Source: Cellvibrionaceae bacterium (GTDB taxonomy: Bacteria > Pseudomonadota > Gammaproteobacteria > Pseudomonadales > Cellvibrionaceae). Taken from it: DNA of 64,000 nt. The translations under genes and the position numbers were made by a program. The notes below the pieces were generated by a model. That model ran no database searches, was not told the origin of the DNA, and worked only from the letters and a program-made list of their open reading frames with translations. The stretch covers positions 45,700 to 109,699 of the forward strand of contig PANW01000024.1 of the NCBI GenBank assembly GCA_002707785.1, given 5' to 3'. Below are positions 1 through 9,825 of this stretch, one piece after another (position 1 is the first letter of the stretch; every line of letters starts with the position of its first letter).

Positions 1-273
1 AATGGCGTGGCTGCTATTAATAAATTGCTGGGCCAGTGTGATCCAGGTAAACAGATCCCTGTCTTACTGCGTCAATACTTGTCTCTCAATGGCCGTTTCG
101 TTGGTTTCTCCATCAATCACCAATTTAGTGATTCGCTTGATGGTTTGATCATCGTAGATTTGCGCAAGGCTCCCATGAAGTATCTGCGACGTTATTTGGG
201 TAAGCAGGGCAGTAGTGATTTTTGTCAGCGGTGGATGGCCTGTTCGGACAAGGAGCTGCGACATGCTGCATAA
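1..273 (+). CDS. C-terminal fragment of a lysophospholipid acyltransferase/GNAT family ('putative hemolysin') protein, truncated at the window edge
   Basis: Open frame from base 1. The motif IPVLLRQYLSLNGRFVGFSINHQFSDSLDGLIIVDL is typical of this family's C-terminus. Confidence 0.6.
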   Translation, partial: NGVAAINKLLGQCDPGKQIPVLLRQYLSLNGRFVGFSINHQFSDSLDGLIIVDLRKAPMKYLRRYLGKQGSSDFCQRWMACSDKELRHAA

Positions 274-772
274 AGCGATGGATGAAGCGGTTGTGCAGTT
301 GGACGAATTGATCAAAGTCTCTGCCAGTGTCTACAGTGATAAATCGACTGTTGCCAGCTCGACTATCGGCAGTCATGTGCGTCATGTGCTCGATCATTTT
401 AACGCCTACAAGGTTGGCGTTGCAGCGGGTTCTATTAATTACAATCGACGTTCCCGCAACAGTGACATCGAAAGAATTCCAAAGAGCGCACTCAAGGAGC
501 TGGCTGTATTTCGCGATTGGCTGTTATTGGCTAGCAATCAAAGCGTGTCGCTTTGGGTGGAGACCGAAGTATCGACACAGCAGCAATATTCTGTCCGCTT
601 GCATAGCAATAGTCATCGAGAGTTGGTGTATCTGATTAATCACGCCTATCACCATATTGCCAATGCGATGACGATTGCACGCGCCTTAGAGGTGAGTGTT
701 CCGCGTCATTTGGGCGTTGCTCCTGCGACAGTCTCCCACCTTAGACGCGAAGAGCGGCTATGTGCACAGTAA
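263..772 (+). CDS. DinB family protein
   Basis: ATG at 263 after AGGAG at 251-255. Metal-binding His motifs IGSHVRHVLDH and NHAYHHIA. Overlaps both neighbours. Confidence 0.8.
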   Translation: MLHKAMDEAVVQLDELIKVSASVYSDKSTVASSTIGSHVRHVLDHFNAYKVGVAAGSINYNRRSRNSDIERIPKSALKELAVFRDWLLLASNQSVSLWVETEVSTQQQYSVRLHSNSHRELVYLINHAYHHIANAMTIARALEVSVPRHLGVAPATVSHLRREERLCAQ

Positions 773-1581
773 CCTATCATCCTAGTGGCGGTGGCTACCG
801 GTTGATGATGAACCGTGATGAAAAACGCAGCCGCGAAGAAGCAGGGTTGTTTCGGTCGCGCGATAGCGCTGAACCAGGCCTAAGCTATCCAGTGGATGCA
901 GTCAGTGGGGGCAGTTGGACTGGTCTGAATCAATGGGGGATGGGTGCGGCACTGCTCAATCGTTATCAAGCATCAACGATTGCTGGGTCACGCTCGCGCG
1001 GTGAGATTATTCCCAGCGCTCTGGCTAGCGGGGGAATCGCGGAAGTGGTGGCCAAATTGAGAGCTTTACCGGTTCTGGAGTTCGATGGATTTGATCTATT
1101 GTTGGCCTATCCTGGTGGTGTGTTTCACATCAGCTGGGATGGTCGCAGCTATCGAGGGCAACCGCTTTCGACGTCGCAAAGCCTGATGTTGACGTCTTCA
1201 TCGGAGCGACTACAAAGTGTGAGCCGCTATCGATATCGCCTGTTTAGGCAGTGGTTGGCCAGTGGTGAAGAGCAATCACACTTTCACTGGCGCCAAGAAC
1301 AGGGGCAAGAAACCAGCGCTGTTTTGATGTCGCGTGCACAGGTGCATACCAAAAGTATCGTCTCCATTGTGGTTGAACGAGATGTGGCTCAGTTGAGTTA
1401 TTTTCCTCAGCAATTACTCAGTGCCAACCAACCATCAAAGCTAAGTGAAGCCTTAACGAGTCACTACAATGTGAAGCCAGAGTTTGACTCTAGCGATCTA
1501 CCCGATCGCTGGGACATCAACTATTGTTCAAAGATACACCAACCGCAGCAATGGCCCTTGCAACGATCGCAGGCATCCTAG
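760..1581 (+). CDS. NRDE (TANGO2-like) family protein
   Basis: N-terminal MCT, literal NRDE motif, GGSWTGLN and SRGEII motifs. Confidence 0.85.
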   Translation: MCTVTYHPSGGGYRLMMNRDEKRSREEAGLFRSRDSAEPGLSYPVDAVSGGSWTGLNQWGMGAALLNRYQASTIAGSRSRGEIIPSALASGGIAEVVAKLRALPVLEFDGFDLLLAYPGGVFHISWDGRSYRGQPLSTSQSLMLTSSSERLQSVSRYRYRLFRQWLASGEEQSHFHWRQEQGQETSAVLMSRAQVHTKSIVSIVVERDVAQLSYFPQQLLSANQPSKLSEALTSHYNVKPEFDSSDLPDRWDINYCSKIHQPQQWPLQRSQAS

Positions 1582-1582
1582 A

Positions 1583-1972
1583 ATGTTTGAGTGGCGGCGA
1601 AAGCGGGGCTATTGGGCTGCAAGTTTAGCGGCCATTGTCTATGGTGGTTGGGCGATGACGCAGCACTGGCAGACCTATGCACTTCTGATCTCTTTACAGG
1701 CAGGTATGACTCAAGCCACTTTCGCCTTCTTATCAACCCTGTGGTTGGCCGATATCACTCGCCAACTACGAAGCTGGCGACAAGGGCGGTTAGGCTCGGG
1801 CGTGGTGTTCGCACTGGCCTCCATCCTGCTATTACTTATTCCTTGGGTTTTTCATGGGTGGGCCGGGACTCCCAATTGGTTTGCGGCGATGCTGCCAGGG
1901 GCTGTCATTGGACATCTCTATTTGTGGTATTTGGTGTATTACCTTGAGCGATCCACAATGGTTGGGACATGA
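1583..1972 (+). CDS. Small membrane protein of about 4 TM helices
   Basis: ATG begins 2 nt after the last base of the NRDE stop; four hydrophobic segments. The ORF track start at 1484 is probably too far upstream. Confidence 0.6.
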   Translation: MFEWRRKRGYWAASLAAIVYGGWAMTQHWQTYALLISLQAGMTQATFAFLSTLWLADITRQLRSWRQGRLGSGVVFALASILLLLIPWVFHGWAGTPNWFAAMLPGAVIGHLYLWYLVYYLERSTMVGT

Positions 1973-1978
1973 TAGTTT

Positions 1979-2992
1979 TCACGGTGCATAGATGTGCGAC
2001 CGATTGCGGCCAGTGTCCTTTGCTTGATACAGTGCTTGGTCGGCCTCCGAAATCAGTGTTTCTGCGTCTTTAATGGGGGCGTAACCAAGCGTTGCGCCGA
2101 CACTGATGGTTACGATGTCGTTGCATTTAGATTTCTCGTGCGGAATCTTGAGTTCGCGAACGCCTTCGATAATACGTGTCGTTTGCGCGATAAGATCTTG
2201 TGGATCTGTGTAAGGTAGTATTAGAGCGAATTCTTCACCGCCGTAGCGGGCCACTAGATTACCCGCTCGTGGGAATAGAGACTGTAACTGCTGAGCGACG
2301 CGAGTTAAACAATGATCGCCCTCCGGATGACCATAGTGATCGTTGAATAGTTTAAAGTGATCGATATCCATGATGACTAAACCGCAAGATTGTTGGGTTC
2401 GATTGGTTCGTCTTATCTCTTTGTTCAATGTTTCATCGAAGGCCCGACGATTTGCGATTTTGGTTAAGCCGTCGAGGCGCGATAACTCAAGTAATCTCTG
2501 ATTGGCAGTGGCCAGCTCCTGATTTTTTTCACGCACTAACTCTTCAAGGTTATTGCGGTAGGAATCCAATTCCTGTTCGAGTTTTTTCCGTTCTGTGATG
2601 TCGATAAAGGTGATCACGGCACCGGTTTGCTGACCTTTATCGAAAATTGGACTGACAAAATACTCAATAGGAAAGCAAGTGCCGTCGCTGCGCCAAAAGT
2701 ACTCATCATCGCCGTGACGAGGTTGACCATCGTTGAGAGTGGCATAAATAGGGCAAGCCTCAATGGGGTAGGGGCGCCCGTCTGGGTAGTGATGATGCAC
2801 GACATCGTGATTGCTGATGTTGGTCATGCCGGACATGCTGAGGCCCACCATTTGAGCCGCCGCATTGTTGACAAATATAGTGTGGCCATCCATGTCAATT
2901 CCATAAATGCCTTCGCCCGCATGATTGATGATCAGTTCCAATTGCTGTTGTGTCGTGGGCTGGTGGGATGTCGACGGGGCTGGGTTTTTCAT
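1979..2992 (-). CDS. PAS-coiled coil-GGDEF diguanylate cyclase
   Basis: PAS domain (EGIYGID, WRSDGTCFPIEY, DITERK), then DGLTKIANRR, DIDHFKLFND and RYGGEEF. Confidence 0.92.
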   Translation of the reverse strand: MKNPAPSTSHQPTTQQQLELIINHAGEGIYGIDMDGHTIFVNNAAAQMVGLSMSGMTNISNHDVVHHHYPDGRPYPIEACPIYATLNDGQPRHGDDEYFWRSDGTCFPIEYFVSPIFDKGQQTGAVITFIDITERKKLEQELDSYRNNLEELVREKNQELATANQRLLELSRLDGLTKIANRRAFDETLNKEIRRTNRTQQSCGLVIMDIDHFKLFNDHYGHPEGDHCLTRVAQQLQSLFPRAGNLVARYGGEEFALILPYTDPQDLIAQTTRIIEGVRELKIPHEKSKCNDIVTISVGATLGYAPIKDAETLISEADQALYQAKDTGRNRSHIYAP

Positions 2993-3134
2993 GGTTTCAT
3001 CAAAAAATGCTGCTGATTGACTGAGTATAGTGCAAATATGCGCAATGGCCTGAGGCCGGTGATATAGGGCTAGAGCGGGCTGTGCGGTTTGAGATACAAT
3101 CTTTCTTCCTTTTCAAGGCTGTCGAGAGTCGTCG

Positions 3135-3926
3135 TTGTCTATTAAACCCAAACATCTCATTTTGAATTTGCTGTCGGTCGCTGATCAACCTATTGCCGCG
3201 CAGCAGTTGATTGGTATTTGTAAACTATTCTCTATTACGGCGAACAACGCGCGAGTGACATTGGCTCGACTTACTGCTGACGAGATGGTCGAGACCAGTG
3301 GCCGAGGGCGTTACCAGTTGGGACCCAAAGCCAGTACTCTAGCGGAAGACCTCTCCCATTGGCGTGACGTTGAGTCACAGCTGTGTGCTTGGCAAGGGGA
3401 TTGGATTGGTGTTTTTATAGGGGCTCTGGGGCGCACCGATAGAACCGGTTTACGACGCCGAACGCGAGTGTTGCAGCTGGCCGGATTTGAACCCTTAGAG
3501 CCGAGCTTATGGTTGCGGCCGAACAATCTTCATGGCGGTGTCGCTAGCTTGCGTCAACGATTGCATCACTTAGGATTAGAGCCGCAAGCTCGAGTGATGC
3601 GTTTGGATGATTTCTCAGCGCTTGAACAGCAGCAAGCTATCGAGTTGTGGGATGTTCAGGCTCTCAGCCATCGCTACCAGCAGGAGACTGCGGAGATGGA
3701 CGATTGGATGAACTCATCTTCCGAACTCAGCGCTGAAGAGGGCGCTAGGCAGTCGTTCCTCTTGGGGGATAGAGTTTTGAGAAATATTGTTTTTGATCCG
3801 TTACTGCCTGAACAGATGATAGACGTTAAACTGCGTGCAACTTACATCGCCACCATGGTTGAGTATGACCGAGTCGGCAATACGTTTTTTGAAACCATGT
3901 ATCGGCGCTTGAACGCCGAAGCCTAA
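3135..3926 (+). CDS. PaaX family transcriptional regulator
   Basis: N-terminal wHTH (NNARVTLARL, GRGRYQL), WQGDW, LAGF and C-terminal DPLLPEQM motif. Confidence 0.85.
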   Translation: MSIKPKHLILNLLSVADQPIAAQQLIGICKLFSITANNARVTLARLTADEMVETSGRGRYQLGPKASTLAEDLSHWRDVESQLCAWQGDWIGVFIGALGRTDRTGLRRRTRVLQLAGFEPLEPSLWLRPNNLHGGVASLRQRLHHLGLEPQARVMRLDDFSALEQQQAIELWDVQALSHRYQQETAEMDDWMNSSSELSAEEGARQSFLLGDRVLRNIVFDPLLPEQMIDVKLRATYIATMVEYDRVGNTFFETMYRRLNAEA

Positions 3927-3992
3927 ACGCGGCGATGAGTTTACGTCTTTTCACGAAACCTTGTTGTTTCGTTTTCCTTCTTAATTAAGCTG

Positions 3993-4048
3993 CCCTAGCC
4001 CCTAGCCCCTAGCCCCTAGCCCCTAGCCCCTAGCCCCTAGCCCCTAGC
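3993..4048. repeat. Heptamer tandem repeat (CCCTAGC)x8
   Basis: Eight perfect copies read directly, between the convergent paaX and desaturase genes. Confidence 0.97.
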
Positions 4049-4051
4049 TCC

Positions 4052-5080
4052 TTACGCTGGCTTCGAAGATACTTGCTTCATAACACTCCAGTATGAAGGT
4101 GGCGTTGGCACAGCGTCTTTTTCCCGTAGCAATTTATGCAAACGCGGTAACTGCCAGAAAGGTACGGCGGCCAAGGCGTGATGCTCAATGTGGTAATTCA
4201 CATGAAAGGGCGCAACAAAAGCTCTGGCTAAGAATCCGGCTTGAGTGCTGCGGGTATTTTTGAGCATATCGGCACATTGCTCTGTCATGGCGTGTTCGGC
4301 GAGAGCGCGAATTCGAATGAACAGATAGTAAGGCATCAGATAAGCCAGTATCCACGCCAAATACAGTTCCGGATTGCCTAGGCTTGCGGTTATGGCAAAC
4401 AGACAAAAGTTAGTGGCCAGAGTTGGCCAAGCTTGTTGAAAGAATGTTCGTACATAGTCCCACGTTGTGCGCCCGTCACGGGGTAATTTTTCCACATCAC
4501 TGGCCACGGTCCATTTCAATACGCCGGCGTTCATCAGCACCATGCCGAAAAGAGCCTTTAATCCGGTCAAGCCGAAGATGTCACGAGAGAACTTTCGAAC
4601 CAGAGAGGCGCGAGTCGTGGGCAGCCCTCGAATCAGTGAGTAATCAATGTCTTCATCGGTACCGGTTTTGGCGTGATGGATAAAGTGATGTTTGCGGTAC
4701 TTGTGAATTTCAAGAAAAACCGGATGGCCGCACAACCAGTTGGTGAGATGGTCATTAAGCCAAACATTGTTGAACAGTGAGCGATGGGAGGCTTCGTGCA
4801 TCAAAATGGCCATACCCAGTTGCCGCCCACCGATGACAGCAATCGCGATTATGATGGTAGGAATGGCAATCCACAACGCTTGTTGCTGTGCCCAAACGAT
4901 AGTGGCCATGGCGGCAATGATGACGACCCATACCGAGAGGACTGCTCGCCAGCCCTGAAAATCCGAACGTTGATGCAGTGACACCACGGTGTCTTTACCG
5001 AGCAGTTCGGTAAGCTTGCGTCGCGCGGTCTGGCGGTGCAGTCCTTCATCATCAAATTGAGTGGTGTCATTCATGGTCAT
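4052..5080 (-). CDS. Membrane fatty-acid desaturase family protein
   Basis: His boxes HEASH, HFIHH and HIEHH, with TM segments. Confidence 0.88.
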   Translation of the reverse strand: MTMNDTTQFDDEGLHRQTARRKLTELLGKDTVVSLHQRSDFQGWRAVLSVWVVIIAAMATIVWAQQQALWIAIPTIIIAIAVIGGRQLGMAILMHEASHRSLFNNVWLNDHLTNWLCGHPVFLEIHKYRKHHFIHHAKTGTDEDIDYSLIRGLPTTRASLVRKFSRDIFGLTGLKALFGMVLMNAGVLKWTVASDVEKLPRDGRTTWDYVRTFFQQAWPTLATNFCLFAITASLGNPELYLAWILAYLMPYYLFIRIRALAEHAMTEQCADMLKNTRSTQAGFLARAFVAPFHVNYHIEHHALAAVPFWQLPRLHKLLREKDAVPTPPSYWSVMKQVSSKPA

Positions 5081-5113
5081 ATCTCCTCATTTGAGAGATA
5101 GGATATTACTCAA

Positions 5114-5141
5114 TTTACAATATTGCAATATTTTGTGTAAT
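5114..5141. promoter_or_regulatory. Palindromic operator candidate upstream of the desaturase
   Basis: Perfect 14-bp palindrome AATATTGCAATATT (5119-5132), flanked by TTAC and GTAA, about 40 bp upstream of the start codon. Confidence 0.5.
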
Positions 5142-5185
5142 TTTGGTTGGGGCTGGCTTAGTGGAGAATTAAGCTGTCTCTGCAG

Positions 5186-6502
5186 TCAAAACCCCCACTC
5201 AAACCCCACCAGCACGCGATCTCTCTCGCTAAACTGCCCGTACAAACCCTCGTCGTCGCCAAAGAAACTGTCTGCGGCAACCCATATGTCTAGATTGCTT
5301 AGTAAGGTGTGCGTAAGCTTGAAGCGCCAAAGTTGGTCTTGTTGTTTGATCGAATACTGCCCTTGGATTTTGGCGGTCCAAGTTTCATTGGCGAAGTTGC
5401 GTTCAGCCAATAGCGTTAAGGTTTGCTGATGCTGGTCTCGAGCAATGCTGGAATCGTAATCAAGCAAGTAACTCTGGAACCATTGCACACTGACAAAGGT
5501 GTCGGTGAGACCTTGCCAGTCGACGCCGATAACCGAACTGAATTCCTCGCTGTGTTTGACGCCTTGTCGAGATTTTCCTTCGCTCAAAGTGTGACTTAGA
5601 TGATAGCTGTCACTGTACCAACCGGCTTCGGTGCGCAAGGTGTAGTCACCAAACGAATTGCTGGCAGTAAAGCCAATCAGGTGGCTGCGTTGGTACTCAG
5701 GCTTTACGGTGAGTTGTTGGCCGTCCAGCTCTTGGTAGAGGACAGCAAAGTCACGATAGTGATAAAAATAATTTGCGGTAAGATCCCAGCCGTTTACAAA
5801 GCTCGACCAGCGAATGCCCACATCGCTGTCCTTGAACCAATGATCAGGTTTGTCGACGGCGAGTAGATCTACTGAAGTGATGAGGGTGTTAGCCGGTGGT
5901 TGTGGCGTTCGTAAAGGGGTGGTTATTTCGAAGGCGGTGCCAGCCTCGGCCAATTCGTGATAGGTGGTGTCAGGAATCCACAACAGCTGTAGTGTGTTGT
6001 CGTCATTTAGGGGAATATCGACATTCAGCATCCACAGAGGAATGCGTGAATCGTCGAAGTCATCCAAAATAAATTCCTGAAAGCTCTGTGGGGTGACTAC
6101 ATCAAGAACTTTCAGACCGTCCGCTTGTCCCCACACTACCTGCTGCTTACCTATTCGCCAATAGGCACCAAACCATTCGGCGTCGAGATAGAATTCTCGC
6201 AACGAGATCTCTCCATGAGCACCACGTGTCAGTGACGTGTTCCAGTCACTGTAATTGTCTGGGTGTGACTTTGATGAGTAAAGTTCACTTTCGCTATCCC
6301 AAGCTAAGCGGGCAATGGCAGTAAGCTCCAAGTTTTCTGCAGGCGAGTGATTCCACTCAAGCTGCAGCTGACTTTGGTTCTTTTGCAAATCGTCGTTCTC
6401 ATAAGCAATCTCATGTTGCCAAGAAGCGGACCACTCGTTGGCCAGTATATGAGGCGATAACGACAGCGGCAATAATGCCGCTAGCAATAGCGAAGTTCTC
6501 AT
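5186..6502 (-). CDS. DUF1302-like outer membrane beta-barrel protein
   Basis: Signal peptide MRTSLLLAALL..ILA; motifs LREFYLD, IGKQQVVWGQADG and RIPLWM; C-terminal aromatic (FEWGF). Starts 2 nt after the upstream stop. Confidence 0.75.
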   Translation of the reverse strand: MRTSLLLAALLPLSLSPHILANEWSASWQHEIAYENDDLQKNQSQLQLEWNHSPAENLELTAIARLAWDSESELYSSKSHPDNYSDWNTSLTRGAHGEISLREFYLDAEWFGAYWRIGKQQVVWGQADGLKVLDVVTPQSFQEFILDDFDDSRIPLWMLNVDIPLNDDNTLQLLWIPDTTYHELAEAGTAFEITTPLRTPQPPANTLITSVDLLAVDKPDHWFKDSDVGIRWSSFVNGWDLTANYFYHYRDFAVLYQELDGQQLTVKPEYQRSHLIGFTASNSFGDYTLRTEAGWYSDSYHLSHTLSEGKSRQGVKHSEEFSSVIGVDWQGLTDTFVSVQWFQSYLLDYDSSIARDQHQQTLTLLAERNFANETWTAKIQGQYSIKQQDQLWRFKLTHTLLSNLDIWVAADSFFGDDEGLYGQFSERDRVLVGFEWGF

Positions 6503-6503
6503 C

Positions 6504-9500
6504 TTATCGACCTCGTGACAAACTGCGTTTGGTGAAGACAGAACCTTTAACGGACGACTGATAGTCCACGTCGCTAAACACAAATTTGCTGGTATGGCCG
6601 GTTTTGTGGTTGCTCATGGTCATCTTGTGACGCGTCCAAATGCCGTCCACTTGGCGCACGTCCTCGGCAATTAACGTCTTCAATGGATTGTTGCGCACAT
6701 CCCAGTAGTTAGCTTTCACCACCAGCCAGCTTTTCTGATCTACCCAGAGCTCAACTTTGCTGTACCCTAGCTCTTTCGACACTGTCTCATTCACGGGCGT
6801 AGCAATGATTCTGTAGGTGTTGTGCTGATGCAACAGCTCTTCACTTTGTGTTACATAGCGGTAGTCATTGATGTCGAGTTTGCCTTCCTTCTTTATGTCT
6901 TCGTAGGTGAAGTCAGTACCGAGAAAGTAATCTCCACGATCTGACGCCGAGATACGTCTAACTTTTCTTAGCGCGGGAAGATATAGCCATTGATCGTCTT
7001 CACTGGTTTTCTCAGCCGGGTAGTCGTAGGTGAGAAACCCCGTGTCTTTGACGTTGGTAGGACTTAGATAAAAGAGTACCGTGCGTTTGTCGTCGCCAAA
7101 GTACTTGCGATAGCCTACGGTGTTGCGCACCCTCTGCTTTCCACGACGATCGATCAGCGTCATATGCAGGTTGCGAGTGACCTGATGACCGTCATCCATA
7201 CTGTTGACTTTGTTGACAATCCAATCGCCGCTCGGCAGCTCATCGGTTTGGGCTTCTGCCATGGGAGATGACAATAGCATTGGGCCGATCAAAAGTGCCG
7301 CTGCCAAGGGGGCTAGTGACAGCAGTCGGTTGCCTGCAGCGGTTCGAACTTCAGCCGCCTTAGGGCGCGTGACAATGTGTAGATCACCAAACACAAATTT
7401 GGGTTTAAAGACTTTGATCAATGCCGGTAGCAAGGTCACGCTAGCAAGAAAGCTGGTAGTCACTGCCAGCGCGACAATGGTGCCGAAGTTGTTAAGAGGA
7501 ACCACTTTGCTGCTGATCAACACCCCAAATCCGCAGGCAATGGCAAGAAAGTTAAATAGCAGAGCACGCCCGGTGGTCGGGAATATCTCCAGTATTTTTG
7601 CATTGATTTCTTGTTCGCCTACTGACTGCTGATGGTTGGCAAGATTGCGGAACTGCTGACGTATTCTGTCCAGAGTGTGGATGGCAAAGTCGACCCCTAG
7701 GCCAATGGCTACGCTGGCAAACATGGAGGTGCCAATGCCTAAGCGGATATCCATTGCCGCCATAGCCGAATAAATCAGTAGTATTGAGCTGGCTACAGGC
7801 AGTACGGAAAAAACACCGGCCAAGCTTGATCCAAACAACAATGACGATACCAACCACACCAGTACGATAGCGACCGCTAAGCTGTTGAAGTGACTGGTAC
7901 CAATGTCTTTGATCCAGTGATGGTTGAGAGTCACTCGGCCACTCAGAGTGGCAGTGATCTCGGTGTTGTTAAACTGCTGTGCAATGTACTCTTCGAGTGC
8001 CTCAATCACTGGACGGTTATCGGTAAAAGCCGCGGTATTGATGTTTAAGCGAATGTTGGCGATTTGGTAGTCGTAGTCGATCTCTTCCTCGAAGTCAGTC
8101 GGATCACTGGACGCCGTATACAGCAAGAAGTACTGCGCCACTGAGTTTGAATCGTTAGGAAGTCGATACTGATTTTTGTCACCATCATTAAGCACGCGAT
8201 TCATTTGTTTCAAGTAATCGACGATGGATGTGGCGTTGTTGACGTGTGGCAAGCTTAGAGCATACTCCTGCAGTGCTTCCATCTTTTTCAGGTTTTCGAG
8301 TTTGAACAAATCTTCAATGTTTGGTGTTTCTATGACGATGTCGAGGTTGTTGCTGCCGTCCAAGTGTTGATTGATCAAACGATCGGCTTTGTAAATCGGT
8401 TCACTGGGATGGAAGGTCTTTATTCGGTCTTCATCGACAATCAGCTGGCTCGCAGAATAACCACCGACGAGCATCAGTATGCCTCCAATAACGACAACCT
8501 TTTTGGCGTGAGTTAAGCTGGCACGACCTAGGGCCGTCATCAGCGATGCGAACATGTCTTTGTCGGCACTGGCCTGCAGTTCGATGAAAGCTTGGCTGAC
8601 TTTTGGTTTTGACCAGGCCATCGCAGCGGGCAAAAACACCATCGAAAACAACCAGGCAATAGCGACCCCCAGCGCGGTGAAAAGCCCCATGTATTTAAAC
8701 GGAGGCATGCCGGAGGCAAAGTAGAGTCCGAAAAAACCTGCCATGGTGGTGAGTGTGGTTAAGGTAATTGGACGCCACATCTCTTCCAGACTTTCTTGAA
8801 CCAACTGCACTCGGTCGGCTTCAGGTTGTCGGCTCTGCAACTCGTAGTAGTGGCTGAAAATGTGGATGGCGTCGGCAACGGATATACCGATCAAGATCAC
8901 AGGCAAGGCGTTGGTGATGACATAAAAAGGCGTGGAGCTGGCAGCCATCATGCTTAGGGTGATCAGTACCGATGCCGCGATAATGACATTGGCCAAAATA
9001 GCCGGAGCAACACGTCGAAAGGCAAAACCAATAATCAAAGTGATGATGAGTCCGGCTAATGGGTTGAGTCGGCTGGCATCACTGTCAATATAGCTACCCA
9101 GATAACCTGCCACGGCGCCTTCGCCAGCGAGATGTAAGCTCAAGCCTTCAGGTGTAACCGTGCTGGCTAGAAGATCGTTGATGTTGTGATAGGTTTCTTG
9201 CGCTAGATTCTCATCCAGCATTTCGATAACAATAACGGTGGCTTGTCCATTACGTGCGACGAGTTTTCCCTGATAGAGGGGAAAGTCCTGAATCGCTTGT
9301 AGAATACGGTCGCTGTCGTTTTGAGTTTCTGGAAAGGGCTCGAAAAAGGGATCAACATCAAGTCCATCCGAGGTGCCGGTAATATTGTTCTCGGTGGCCA
9401 GACTTAAAATACGTTCTGGATCAACATTGTCGATGAGACTGACTTGCTCCGACAGCGTGGCGACCAGTTGTAAAACACTCGCTTGATAAACACCATTTGG

Positions 9501-9761
9501 TTGATCGTGGACGAGTGCAACCACTAAGGGATCTGCCAAACCAAACTGTTGTTTTACTTTTTCTCTATAGATTAACGCAGGATTGTCGGGCGCGATAAAG
9601 GCATCGCCGCGGGTATCTTTGGTTAAGTTGGGCAGAAATGACAGCAATGCTGCCATCAAACATAAGCTCAGAAGCGTTAGTGTTTTGGGGTGATGAACAA
9701 TGAATCCAAAAATATTTGAAATCACTGGCTGCGCCTTGTTCGAATTCTGTATGGAATTCAT
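6504..9761 (-). CDS. MMPL/RND family transporter fused to a C-terminal LolA-like (outer-membrane lipoprotein-sorting type) domain
   Basis: Duplicated RND motifs GISVADAIH and GLGVDFAIH. After about aa 838: DDQWLYLPALRKVRRIS, FLGTDFTYEDI and FTKRSL, typical of LolA_like/DUF1329 proteins. Confidence 0.85.
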   Translation of the reverse strand: MNSIQNSNKAQPVISNIFGFIVHHPKTLTLLSLCLMAALLSFLPNLTKDTRGDAFIAPDNPALIYREKVKQQFGLADPLVVALVHDQPNGVYQASVLQLVATLSEQVSLIDNVDPERILSLATENNITGTSDGLDVDPFFEPFPETQNDSDRILQAIQDFPLYQGKLVARNGQATVIVIEMLDENLAQETYHNINDLLASTVTPEGLSLHLAGEGAVAGYLGSYIDSDASRLNPLAGLIITLIIGFAFRRVAPAILANVIIAASVLITLSMMAASSTPFYVITNALPVILIGISVADAIHIFSHYYELQSRQPEADRVQLVQESLEEMWRPITLTTLTTMAGFFGLYFASGMPPFKYMGLFTALGVAIAWLFSMVFLPAAMAWSKPKVSQAFIELQASADKDMFASLMTALGRASLTHAKKVVVIGGILMLVGGYSASQLIVDEDRIKTFHPSEPIYKADRLINQHLDGSNNLDIVIETPNIEDLFKLENLKKMEALQEYALSLPHVNNATSIVDYLKQMNRVLNDGDKNQYRLPNDSNSVAQYFLLYTASSDPTDFEEEIDYDYQIANIRLNINTAAFTDNRPVIEALEEYIAQQFNNTEITATLSGRVTLNHHWIKDIGTSHFNSLAVAIVLVWLVSSLLFGSSLAGVFSVLPVASSILLIYSAMAAMDIRLGIGTSMFASVAIGLGVDFAIHTLDRIRQQFRNLANHQQSVGEQEINAKILEIFPTTGRALLFNFLAIACGFGVLISSKVVPLNNFGTIVALAVTTSFLASVTLLPALIKVFKPKFVFGDLHIVTRPKAAEVRTAAGNRLLSLAPLAAALLIGPMLLSSPMAEAQTDELPSGDWIVNKVNSMDDGHQVTRNLHMTLIDRRGKQRVRNTVGYRKYFGDDKRTVLFYLSPTNVKDTGFLTYDYPAEKTSEDDQWLYLPALRKVRRISASDRGDYFLGTDFTYEDIKKEGKLDINDYRYVTQSEELLHQHNTYRIIATPVNETVSKELGYSKVELWVDQKSWLVVKANYWDVRNNPLKTLIAEDVRQVDGIWTRHKMTMSNHKTGHTSKFVFSDVDYQSSVKGSVFTKRSLSRGR

Positions 9762-9809
9762 AGTGGGCTCCTTACGGATTGTGTCACGTTGGGTAAAATC
9801 AGTTTAATA

Positions 9810-9821
9810 ATGTATATGCAT
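9810..9821. promoter_or_regulatory. Operator copy 1 (ATGTATATGCAT), upstream of the MMPL fusion gene
   Basis: Identical near-palindrome at 10567-10578 and 11170-11181. Confidence 0.7.
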
Positions 9822-9825
9822 GTAT

